DNA from: Polyangiales bacterium
GTDB lineage: Bacteria; Myxococcota_A; Polyangia; Polyangiales; Ga0077539
Direction: 5' to 3'
Length of the DNA stretch: 64,000 bases
Assembly (NCBI GenBank): GCA_044229975.1
Contig: JBGARZ010000001.1
Coordinates: 864,001-928,000 of the forward strand
The notes under the pieces were generated by a model. It had not been told where the DNA came from and searched no databases. It worked only from the letters and a program-made list of their open reading frames with translations. Of the stretch, positions 47,541 through 57,985 are shown piece by piece (position 1 is the stretch's first letter; each line of letters opens with the position of its first letter). Both the position numbers and the translations under genes were made by a program.

Positions 47541-49034
47541 CTACGGCGGCCACTGCTCGTCGATACGCCGCCGACCGTGCGGTACCCGGGGCGTCGCTGG
47601 AGCGGTCGCCGTCGGCCTCACGGGTCGAGCGACACCAGTCGCTGCGGGAGTCGCAGTAGGCGCCGCGTCCTGCACACGACGAACGAGCGATCGCGAGATG
47701 CGCAGGTCGCCGTCGGCGCGCACCGAGTCGACGAAGGGCAGGTAGCCGTCGGCCTCGACGCGCAGCGAGTGAACGCCGCCGCGCGCGACCTGGGTCGAGG
47801 CGTGCCCCGCGCCGAGCTCGGCGCCGTCGAGAAGGATGCGCGCCTCGACCGGTGAGAAGTCGAAGCCCAGCGTCACCATCGGCGTGGCAACGGTGGGAGG
47901 CGGTGCAACGGTCGGAGCCACGCGGTCGCGACGGGTGAGCGCGAAGCCGCCCGCGATGAGCCCGACGGCGACGACCGCGATGACGAACGCGAGGGGCCAG
48001 CGCGTCGGCGGCACCCGGGTCGGCGGCGCTTCGATGGGCGTCCTCTCGACGGGCGGCGGCGGGGTGACCAGCGGCGGTGCCTCGGCGGTGGCGGCGATGT
48101 CGACCGGCGTAGCGACCACGGGCGCAACGCCGGGAGTCGGTGCGCCGTTGAGCGCGTCGATGAAGGCCTCCATCGAGGGGAAGCGGTTTGCGGGCTCGGT
48201 GGCGAGCGCGCGCATGAGGGCGGCGACGAGCGCGGGGTCGAGTGACGGGCATCGCGCGCCGAGGTCGGCGACGGGCTCGGAGACGCGGCGCACGAGCAGC
48301 GCGTGGGCGGTCTCGCACTGGTGCGGAATCTCCCCGCAGAAGGCCTCGTAGAGCATCGCCGCGAAGGCCCACTGGTCGGCGGCGTGGGTGATCTCCTTGA
48401 GGCCCCAGGTCTGCTCCGGGGCCATGTACGCGGGCGTTCCGAGGATGGCGCCGGTCGCGGTGATGGACTTCGCGCCCTCCTGGGAGATCGGTCGCGCGAT
48501 GCCGAAGTCGAGCACCTTCGGCGTGAGGGAGCCGTCGTCGCCCTTCACGAGGAAGACGTTGTCGGGCTTCACGTCGCGATGAACGATGCCCCGCGCGTGC
48601 ACGAAGGACAGCGCCCGCCCCACCGGAATCACCAGCGGGAGCAGCGCGGCCGGATCACACGGGACGCGAGCATCGATCCAGTCGGCGAGGGTCGATCCCG
48701 AGAGAAACTCCATCACGATGAAGACGAGCGGCCCCTCCTGCCCCGCGTCGAACACCTGAACCACGTTGGGATGGGTGAGCCCGGCCATGGTCTTCGCCTC
48801 GCGGCGGAAGCGCGCCACGAGCCCGGCGTCGACCGTCAGCGCGGGGTGCAACACCTTGAACGCCACGCGCCGATCGAGCGTGAGGTGGGTGGCCTCGTGC
48901 ACGGCGCCCATGCCACCGGCGCCGAGCATGCGCTCGATGCGATAGCGACCCGCGATGATGCGACCGGGTTCGAGCGAGGGCGCGAGCTCAGGCGCGTCGG
49001 CGTCGGTGTTGGGTTCGTGCTGCGCCGCGGTCAT
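47541..49034 (-). CDS. Ser/Thr kinase with a TM helix and a C-terminal PEGA-like domain
   Basis: GAGGMGAV, HRDVKPDN, DFG, APE; TM; FSPVEARILLDG...HSLRVEADGY. Confidence 0.9.
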   Translation of the reverse strand: MTAAQHEPNTDADAPELAPSLEPGRIIAGRYRIERMLGAGGMGAVHEATHLTLDRRVAFKVLHPALTVDAGLVARFRREAKTMAGLTHPNVVQVFDAGQEGPLVFIVMEFLSGSTLADWIDARVPCDPAALLPLVIPVGRALSFVHARGIVHRDVKPDNVFLVKGDDGSLTPKVLDFGIARPISQEGAKSITATGAILGTPAYMAPEQTWGLKEITHAADQWAFAAMLYEAFCGEIPHQCETAHALLVRRVSEPVADLGARCPSLDPALVAALMRALATEPANRFPSMEAFIDALNGAPTPGVAPVVATPVDIAATAEAPPLVTPPPPVERTPIEAPPTRVPPTRWPLAFVIAVVAVGLIAGGFALTRRDRVAPTVAPPPTVATPMVTLGFDFSPVEARILLDGAELGAGHASTQVARGGVHSLRVEADGYLPFVDSVRADGDLRISRSLVRRVQDAAPTATPAATGVARPVRPTATAPATPRVPHGRRRIDEQWPP

Positions 49035-49041
49035 CGCAAGG

Positions 49042-50463
49042 TCAGAAGGTACCGCGAAGCGAGGCGCCGCCGGGGCTCAGCGACACGTCCCACCCCACGG
49101 GGCGATCGTAGCGATCGGAGGGGTCGGCGCGGAGACGGAGCACAGTGCCGACGATGACGCCCGCAACGCCGATACCGATCAATGAGCCACCGACGATGGC
49201 TCGCACCGAGGCCGCAGTGAACTCGCTGTCGTACGGGGCGCGCTGTGCGTTGAACTCCGCCGTCGTGGTGGAGCATCGACCCGTGAGGTCCTGTTCGCAG
49301 GCGGTCATTCGAGCACCCACTTCGTCGATACGAGATTGTGCGTCGGCCCGATCACTCAGCCCCGTGATGAGCAACGGCACGCCACCCGCGATCAGCGCGA
49401 GACCCGCCCCACCGAAGACGTACGCCACGGTTCGTTGCCGACGCACTCGCGCGGCGTGCTCGCTGCGCAGCGTGGTCGTCGCGTCGAGCCACACCCGCGC
49501 GGTGTTGTCCCCTGGCGACAGCTCCACCGACCGCTGCGACGGAACGTATCCCGCGTGCGCCACCCGGAGCTGATGCCTCCCCGGCGGGACGCGCGCGCTC
49601 CCGTCCACCACCACGCTCCGCCCGTCGACGCTCACCGTCGGGAACGTCACGTTGCTCTCCACCCGCAGCGTCGCCGCGACCGATGGCGGCATCGACGGCT
49701 CCCATTCGAGCGGGGCGTCCATCACCACGCCCGCGGTCCCCATCACCACGTTGTGCGCGTAGGTCACGTAGCCGGGGCGGGCGACCTCCAGGCGATGCGG
49801 CCCTTCGGTGAGCATCAGCGGTTCGGTGAGTGGTGTGCGGGCGACCTCGACTCCATCGACCCGCACGACGGCTCCGTCGGTGTCGCAGCGCAGCGCGAGC
49901 GGGGCCCGCTGCGGGTCGAGCGCGTCGGTCAGCACGAGCTCACGTCCACCGGTCACGTCGACCGTGGTCTCGCGCGGGACGTGGCCCGGCGCTTCGAGGC
50001 GCACCCGTCGCGGACCGGCCGACACCGGAACTCCTCCGCGCGCACGCTCTACCGGGACGTCGCGCCCGTCGACGGTCACGCGCAGACCGATCGTGGGAGC
50101 GGTGACGCGGAGGGTTCCGATGCGTTCGCGGAGGCGGGCGAGGCGCTCGTCGAGCTCACGGGCGCGCTGGGCGACGGTCGCGGGCGTCGCGCCCATGCGG
50201 TAGGCGGTGAGCGCGTCGCGCGCCTCGACGAAGCGGCCGAGGGCCTCGTACACGGCGCCGAGGTTGTAGAGCAGGTTGGGGTTGTGGCTGAGGTCGTAGG
50301 CCCGCTGAAACTCGACGAGCGCCGCCTCGTAGTTGCCGTCGGCGTAGAGGGACACGGCGCGGGCGAAGCTGGCGCGCGCATCGCTGGATGGTGGCGTCTG
50401 CGCGAGCGCGGCGGAGCCGTGGAGGACGGCGGCGAGCGCCAATGGGAGGTGGGGGTGACGCAT
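49042..50463 (-). CDS. Secreted TPR + 3x PEGA-domain protein with a C-terminal hydrophobic hairpin ending in Phe
   Basis: Signal peptide (ALA-Q); TPR (YEAALVEFQRAY..LLYNLG); V.VDG...G.H.L.V..PGY repeats; ends ASLRGTF. Confidence 0.85.
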   Translation of the reverse strand: MRHPHLPLALAAVLHGSAALAQTPPSSDARASFARAVSLYADGNYEAALVEFQRAYDLSHNPNLLYNLGAVYEALGRFVEARDALTAYRMGATPATVAQRARELDERLARLRERIGTLRVTAPTIGLRVTVDGRDVPVERARGGVPVSAGPRRVRLEAPGHVPRETTVDVTGGRELVLTDALDPQRAPLALRCDTDGAVVRVDGVEVARTPLTEPLMLTEGPHRLEVARPGYVTYAHNVVMGTAGVVMDAPLEWEPSMPPSVAATLRVESNVTFPTVSVDGRSVVVDGSARVPPGRHQLRVAHAGYVPSQRSVELSPGDNTARVWLDATTTLRSEHAARVRRQRTVAYVFGGAGLALIAGGVPLLITGLSDRADAQSRIDEVGARMTACEQDLTGRCSTTTAEFNAQRAPYDSEFTAASVRAIVGGSLIGIGVAGVIVGTVLRLRADPSDRYDRPVGWDVSLSPGGASLRGTF

Positions 50464-50630
50464 GAGAGGGAGTGCCCGCGCGACGATCGATGGTCGGAGG
50501 GGACGGGTCAAGACACCGGGCGGTGGTGTCCGAGTTTGAGTCGCTGTGCCCCGGCCGAGAGTCCGCTGCGTCCTACTTTGGAAGCGGAGGAGAGTGATCG
50601 GTGTCCTCCGTCGGACACCACTCACAGGGC

Positions 50631-50743
50631 CTGGGATTCGGAGTAGGCGTCGGCGGCGTGGGCCGGATGGCCACGTCGGCGGTCCCCACGAGGGACCGAC
50701 GACGAGCACCTCGCGTCGCCACGACGCCTACTCCGAATCCCAG
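50631..50743. repeat. 113-bp element bounded by perfect 22-bp inverted repeats (MITE/REPIN-like, or a structured RNA)
   Basis: CTGGGATTCGGAGTAGGCGTCG (50631-50652) is the exact reverse complement of 50722-50743; two internal hairpins. Confidence 0.85.
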
Positions 50744-50813
50744 ACCGGGCAGACCTCGTTGCATCCGACGCCCCACCGAAGCGATCATTCGTCGTCGAGT
50801 GCCCCTCGTCGCC

Positions 50814-51260
50814 ATGCGCCACCACCCCCTTCTCAGCCTCGCGCTCTGCCTCACCTCGCTCTTCGGGTGCACCCTCGAAGCCGAGCGGCGCGGCCTCCTC
50901 GCCGAGTGCACCTTCAACGACGAGTGCGAGGCGCCGCTCATCTGCGCCGCGCGCCGTTGCCGCGCCCCGTGCCGCACCGACCGCGACTGCACCAACAACT
51001 GGGTCTGTCGCTCGGCCGGTCAGGAAGATCGCCTCGTCTGTTACGCGCCAGGGACGCTAGACCACGGCTGCGTGCGCGACAGCGACTGCGAATCCCCCTA
51101 CGTCTGCGGCACCACCCGCGAGTGCATCTTCCAGTGCCGCACCGACTACGACTGCCGCATCGCGTACCCCTACGAGCCCAACGCCCGCTGCGTCGTCGCC
51201 GACCACACCTGCGACGCGCACCCGCGCTACGCCGCGGACGGCGGCGCTACGAACGACTGA
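50814..51260 (+). CDS. Small Cys-rich lipoprotein, paralogue of the N-domain of 45785-47533
   Basis: Lipobox LFGC; 31 of 33 aa identical to the core of the paralogue. Confidence 0.8.
   Translation: MRHHPLLSLALCLTSLFGCTLEAERRGLLAECTFNDECEAPLICAARRCRAPCRTDRDCTNNWVCRSAGQEDRLVCYAPGTLDHGCVRDSDCESPYVCGTTRECIFQCRTDYDCRIAYPYEPNARCVVADHTCDAHPRYAADGGATND
50903..51002 (+). repeat. Copy 2 of the 100-bp dispersed direct repeat (copy 1 at 45895-45994)
   Basis: About 91% identical to copy 1 by manual alignment. Confidence 0.9.
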
Positions 51261-52032
51261 CCCGCTCGCCCGGGTCCTGTCGATAGAAGTCGGCCAGCAG
51301 CGCGTACAGGTCGGGTAGCGCCCGCTTCAACGGCACCGGTCGCTCGAAGAAGCTCTCCGTCGCCACCGCGAAGAACTCCGCTTCGTTCTTCGCTCCGTAG
51401 GGGTCGATCACGCGGCGCACGTCGGGGTCGTGGTCCTTGAGCGCGAGGAAGACCTCCGAGCACACCTCGGCCCAGCTCCGTCGCTCGGCGCTGCTCTCCA
51501 GCGGAGGCGTCCCGTCCACCTCGCCGCCCAGCATGTCGATCTTGTGCGCGAACTCGTGAAACACCACGTTGCGCCCGTCGTCCGGGTCGCGCGCGCCGCG
51601 CTTCACGGCGTCCCACACGAGGATCACCGGACCACCCTGGTGCGCCTGCCCGAGGATCGCTTCGGACTCCTCCACCACCGCGCCACCGCGCTCGAAGATG
51701 CCCGCCGTGCGCTCCGCCGCGAAGACCGTGCTCGGGTACACGAGGATGCTCTCGACGTCGTCGTAGAGATCGTGGTCGCGGCCCAGCAACAACAGACACG
51801 CCTCGGCCGCGACGGTCACCCTGATCTCGTCGGTCATCTCCAGACCCCCGCAGCCCTCCCAGTGCTTCTCCGCGATGAACACCTGCACCAGCTCGCGCAG
51901 GCGCCCGCGCTCGGCGTCGTCGAGGCCGCGCCAGTGGGCGACGTTGCGCTCGATGATCGCCTGCCACTCCGCGGGGAAAGACTCTTCGAGGATGCGCGCC
52001 CGACGGCGCTCGGTGAGCCAGGTGAACAGCAT
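51247..52032 (-). CDS. MtfA-like M90 zinc metallopeptidase
   Basis: FIAEKHWEGCGGLE, ILVYP, NVVFHEFAHKID (HExxH), YGAKNEAEFFAVATESFFE. Confidence 0.9.
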   Translation of the reverse strand: MLFTWLTERRRARILEESFPAEWQAIIERNVAHWRGLDDAERGRLRELVQVFIAEKHWEGCGGLEMTDEIRVTVAAEACLLLLGRDHDLYDDVESILVYPSTVFAAERTAGIFERGGAVVEESEAILGQAHQGGPVILVWDAVKRGARDPDDGRNVVFHEFAHKIDMLGGEVDGTPPLESSAERRSWAEVCSEVFLALKDHDPDVRRVIDPYGAKNEAEFFAVATESFFERPVPLKRALPDLYALLADFYRQDPGERVSRS

Positions 52033-52163
52033 GCGAGGGAGACTCGCACAGCCGATGGCCCTTGCGCGCGGGCACCGACCCGGCACCATCCGCGGCTGTG
52101 GGTCACGGCGTAGTCATCGCCCTGACCATTGGGGTTCCACCGCAACGTAGGGAGACGACGCCG

Positions 52164-53800
<1,637 letters not shown>

Positions 53801-53801
<1 letters not shown>

Positions 53802-54262
53802 TGGCGCCACAACGGCTGTCGCGGGAGGACTTCCTCACGGTGGTGCGCCTCGCGCCGCTGGTGTCGCTCGACCTCGTGGTGAGCAACGCCTGCGGTGAGG
53901 TGTTGGTGGGTCTCCGTACCAATCGACCCGCGGAGGGGTTCTGGTTCGTCCCGGGCGGGCGCATCCAGAAGGACGAGCGCATGGACGCGGCCTTCCGTCG
54001 GCTCACGGGCGAGGAGCTCGGTCGCCCGATGGGGCTCGCCGAGGCGTCGCTGCTGGGCGTCTACGAGCACCTGTACGAAGACAACTTCGCGGGCGAGCCT
54101 GGAGCCTCCACCCACTACGTCGTCATCGCCCACCGGCTCACGCTCGACGTCGAGCTCGCGTCACTGCCCGGCGCGCAACACGCCCGCTGGAAGTGGATGT
54201 CCGTGGAGGCGCTGCGCGCCGACGAGACGGTGCACGCCAACACGCGGGCCTACTTCCCGTGA
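53801..54262 (+). CDS. gmm: GDP-mannose mannosyl hydrolase (Nudix)
   Basis: PLVSLDL, RTNRPAEGFWFVPGGRIQKDE...AFRRLTGEELG, GVYEHLYEDN, THYVV, QH, VHANTRAYF. Confidence 0.85.
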
Positions 54263-55539
54263 GGCGCGGTCAGCGTCTCGGCCCGCCGTCGCCCCGTCAG
54301 TAGCCACACCTCCATCTCCCCCTTGCCCTTCACGGTGATGACCCCGCGCGCCGTCATCTCGTAGCGCGACGCCAGCCGCTCGTGCACCGCCGCCGTCACC
54401 TGGATCTCCCCGGGGATGCCGTGCGACTCCATCCGACTCGCGGTGTTTACCGCGTCGCCCCACAGGTCGTAGATGAACTTCCGCTTGCCGATCACGCCCG
54501 CGACGGCCGGGCCCGTGTTGATGCCGATGCGCGCCTTCAGGGGATAGCCCGTCTCGGCCGACACCCGCGCGAGCACCACCCGCATCTCCAGCGCGAGGTC
54601 GGCGATCACCTCCGCGTGGTCGTCGCGCGCCTCGGGCAGCCCGCACGCGACCATGTAGGCGTCGCCGATGGTCTTGATCTTCTCGACCCCGAAGCGCAGC
54701 GCCAGCTCGTCGAACTCGGAGAAGATGCGGTTGAGCACCTGCACCAGCGCCTCGGGCGACAAGCGCGCGCTCAGCTCGGTGAAGCCCACCAGGTCGGCGA
54801 AGAGAACCGTCACCGAGGGGAAGCCCTCCGCGATGTGCTGCTGCCCGCCCTTCAAGCGCTTCGACACCGACGCCGGGAGGATGTTGAGCAGCAGGCGTTC
54901 GGAGCGCTCGTGCTCTTCGGTGAGGCGCTCCTCCGCGCGGATCACGTCGCCGCGAAAGAGCTGCACCAGATAGATGAGCGTGCCGAAGGTGAGCGCCACC
55001 GCCGTGAGGCTCAGCGCGTGCTCGACCGGCATGGAGAAGCGAAACACGCCGCGCTCGGGGATGAAGTCCTCGACCACCGCGAAGAGCACCACGCTCAGCG
55101 CCGCGAAGCCCCACCGCACCCAGCGCTCCTGCTCGGAGAAGAGCAGGAACCCCAGCGCCGCGAAGACGAAGTAGTAGAGGTGGAAGCCCGCGCCGCTCCC
55201 GACGAGTGCCGACACCGCGACGATGAGCGCGTGCGCGGGGCCGAGCAGCATCACCCGCGCGGCCCGGTGCCACCCGCGGGCGTTGAGCGCGATGGTGAGC
55301 CCGAAGCACACGACCGCGACGGCGTTGATGGCCGAGCCCGACCAGTAGGTCGACAGGTCGGCGACGGCGTAGCCGATCACGAAGCTCGTGCAGGTGAGCG
55401 CGCCAATCGCCGCGGTCTGGTTGCTCAGGTGGATGCGCCGCTGCTCGGCCGGGTCCTGATCGAGAGCGCCGACCGCGCCGACGGCGTCGAGCAGTCGAAG
55501 CAACACCGGGCGGGGCGGAGCCTCTGCGGTCGGCGACAC
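54250..55539 (-). CDS. Membrane adenylate/guanylate cyclase (class III) with a ~6-TM sensor region
   Basis: LLLNILP, VLFADLVGFT, KIKTIGDAYM, KFIYDLWGDAVNTASRMES; start inferred at GTG 55539. Confidence 0.9.
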   Translation of the reverse strand: MSPTAEAPPRPVLLRLLDAVGAVGALDQDPAEQRRIHLSNQTAAIGALTCTSFVIGYAVADLSTYWSGSAINAVAVVCFGLTIALNARGWHRAARVMLLGPAHALIVAVSALVGSGAGFHLYYFVFAALGFLLFSEQERWVRWGFAALSVVLFAVVEDFIPERGVFRFSMPVEHALSLTAVALTFGTLIYLVQLFRGDVIRAEERLTEEHERSERLLLNILPASVSKRLKGGQQHIAEGFPSVTVLFADLVGFTELSARLSPEALVQVLNRIFSEFDELALRFGVEKIKTIGDAYMVACGLPEARDDHAEVIADLALEMRVVLARVSAETGYPLKARIGINTGPAVAGVIGKRKFIYDLWGDAVNTASRMESHGIPGEIQVTAAVHERLASRYEMTARGVITVKGKGEMEVWLLTGRRRAETLTAPHGK

Positions 55540-55637
55540 GGACCCATCGTACGTCACAAGAGCGAGGTCCGACTCTCCGCATTTCTCGCGCCGGAGGTCG
55601 GGCACCCAAGTACCATCGCGGCCGTCACGAGCGGACG

Positions 55638-57014
55638 ATGAGCGACCCGAGCTCCCCACCCGATGCCTTCGTCGGCGAGACCCTCCTCGGGCGCTACCTC
55701 GTGGAGGAGTGCGTCGCGCGCGGTGGCTTCGCGGTGGTCTATCGCGCACGACACCTGGAGCTCGATGTTCCGGTCGCGATCAAGGCGCTGACGGACGTCG
55801 ACCGCTACGGGGGCGAGTCGGGCAAGGCGTACCTCGCGCTCTTCAAGCAGGAGGCGCGCACCGTCGCAGCGCTCAATCACCCGGCCATCGTCCGCGTGCT
55901 CGACTACGGCGCGCTCGGTGACCGTCCGTGGATCGCCATGGAGTGGCTCGACGGCACGACGCTGGAGGAAGACCTGCGCGCCCACGAAGGCATCGGGCGA
56001 TCGCCGCGCGAGGTGCTCGACCTGCTGCGCCCGGCCTTCGACGCGCTCGCGTGCGCTCACGAAGCGGGCGTCAGCCATCGCGACATCAAGCCGTCCAACC
56101 TGATGCTGGTGAAGGCGCGGCGCGGGGAAGGCTCGCTGCGGGTCATCGACTTCGGCGTCGCCAAGGTCGACGAGCCCGACCGCGACGTCGGCAGCGGGTC
56201 GACGCGAACGGCGGCGGCCTTCGTGGCGTTCAGCACGCAGTACGCCGCGCCCGAGCAGGTGGCGCGCACCCGCACCGGACCGTGGACGGACGTGCACGCG
56301 CTCGCGCTCGTCCTCGTCGAGGCGCTGGTGGGTCACCGCGCATACGGCGACGCGGACGGGGCCGAGCTCATCGAGCGGGTGCTCACGACGCCGCGACCGA
56401 CGCCCGCGCGGGTGGGCGTCGACGTGGGCCCCTGGGAGTCCGTGCTCGCGCGCGCCCTCGAACGCCTGCCCGCCGCGCGCCCCGCCAGCGCCGCGGTGTT
56501 CTGGACGGAGCTCGCCAGCAGCGTCGAGGAAGCACAGGCCGCGTGGGTCGCCTCGCCGCGAGCGCGCACGCCGACATCGAACGCATCGAGCGCCGTCACC
56601 CGCGTCGGAACTGGCGAGACCGCCGCCTCGCTGCCCTCCGTCGCGATCGTCGTCCCCGCGCCGACCACCTCGACCGCTTCGCTGCGCGCCTCGCTGATGC
56701 CGCCTCTGCGTGGCACCTGGCTCGTCGCCGCGTCGCTCTTCGTGGCGCTCGCGGCGCTCGCCACCCTCCTGCGCGGACCCCACCGCGCGCCGCAACCGAC
56801 GCCGGCGTTCATCCACACGCCCATCGCGCTGGCCCCGGTCGCGCAGCCCGCTCCCCTCGCCCCGATCGCTGCGCCCACCGCGGCACCGCTGGCGCCGCCT
56901 CCCCCGCCGTCGAAGCTCGCCGCGCGTCGGCCCCTGCGACCGCGACCGATCACCGACGCGAGCACCGCGGTCGTGGCGACGCCGCCTTCCGAACCGACGC
57001 TGGTCGTCGAGTGA
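55638..57014 (+). CDS. Membrane-anchored Ser/Thr kinase
   Basis: ARGGFAVV, VAIK, HRDIKPSN, DFG, APE; TM helix; Pro-rich tail. Confidence 0.9.
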   Translation: MSDPSSPPDAFVGETLLGRYLVEECVARGGFAVVYRARHLELDVPVAIKALTDVDRYGGESGKAYLALFKQEARTVAALNHPAIVRVLDYGALGDRPWIAMEWLDGTTLEEDLRAHEGIGRSPREVLDLLRPAFDALACAHEAGVSHRDIKPSNLMLVKARRGEGSLRVIDFGVAKVDEPDRDVGSGSTRTAAAFVAFSTQYAAPEQVARTRTGPWTDVHALALVLVEALVGHRAYGDADGAELIERVLTTPRPTPARVGVDVGPWESVLARALERLPAARPASAAVFWTELASSVEEAQAAWVASPRARTPTSNASSAVTRVGTGETAASLPSVAIVVPAPTTSTASLRASLMPPLRGTWLVAASLFVALAALATLLRGPHRAPQPTPAFIHTPIALAPVAQPAPLAPIAAPTAAPLAPPPPPSKLAARRPLRPRPITDASTAVVATPPSEPTLVVE

Positions 57015-57985
57015 GGGCGCGACCGCTCGCCCTCGCCCTCGTCACGATCGCCGCTCCCGTTGCGGCGCAGGAGACGCCCGAGGAGACCGCCCGTCGCGAG
57101 CTCATCGCGCAGGCCGAGCAGAGCGCCACGGCTGCCGACCACGCCCGCGCGCTGGAGCTCGCCCGCCGTGCTTCGGCCATCCGCCCGTCCCCGTCGCTCA
57201 CGTGCTTCCTCGCCCGTGAGCACCGCGCGCTCGACCAGCTCGTCGAGGCCCTCGACCTCGCCCGCGCCAGCATCCGCGCCGTCGACGCCGACCTCACGCT
57301 CCGCAACCGCGACACCATCCGTCAGGCGTGTGAGGCCGTTCGCGCGAGCGTCGAGCCACGCCTTGGCCGCCTGGAGGTCTCCGTCGTCGGCGGGGCGACC
57401 GATGCCCTCGTCGTGCGCCTCGACGGCCGCGCGCTGTTGCCCGAGCTGCGTGGCGTGGCGATGCCCGCGATGCCGGGTGAGCACCGCGTCGAGGTCGAAG
57501 CGCCAGGCTTTCTCCGCGCGACTCGAACGGGCGTCGTGAGCGCGGGTGAGCTCCTCCGCGTCGAAGTTCACCTCGAACGCGAACTCCCGCCACCACCTCC
57601 CGCTCCCCTCACCGTGCTGCCAGGGGTCATCGCGCCGCCCTCCCACCGGGTGCGACGCGCCATCGGCCCGGGTCCGTGGATCATCGGCGGCGCCGGCATC
57701 GCAGGCGTGATCTTCGCGGGCATCAGCTATGAGCTCGCGACGAGCGCCCAGTCGGAGCGCGACGCCGCCTGCTTCGCCGACGGCACCTGTCGCCCCGAGG
57801 CGGTGCCCCTCGACGCTCGCTACGTCGACTGGCTCGCGGCCACCAACGCCGCGTCCGTGGCGGGCGGCGCGCTGCTGGGCGGAGCGGTCGTCTGGTACCT
57901 CGTGGCGCGGCTCACGGGCACCTCCGAGGCGGCCCCGCGGCCCACCTTCACCGCTGGGCGTCTGGGTGTCAGCGTTGCGTTCTAG
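57011..57985 (+). CDS. Secreted TPR + PEGA-like protein with a C-terminal hydrophobic hairpin ending in Phe
   Basis: GTGA-coupled to the kinase; signal peptide (VAA-Q); TPR-like helices; VVRLDG...PGEHRVEVEAPGF; ends GVSVAF. Confidence 0.8.
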   Translation: MRARPLALALVTIAAPVAAQETPEETARRELIAQAEQSATAADHARALELARRASAIRPSPSLTCFLAREHRALDQLVEALDLARASIRAVDADLTLRNRDTIRQACEAVRASVEPRLGRLEVSVVGGATDALVVRLDGRALLPELRGVAMPAMPGEHRVEVEAPGFLRATRTGVVSAGELLRVEVHLERELPPPPPAPLTVLPGVIAPPSHRVRRAIGPGPWIIGGAGIAGVIFAGISYELATSAQSERDAACFADGTCRPEAVPLDARYVDWLAATNAASVAGGALLGGAVVWYLVARLTGTSEAAPRPTFTAGRLGVSVAF

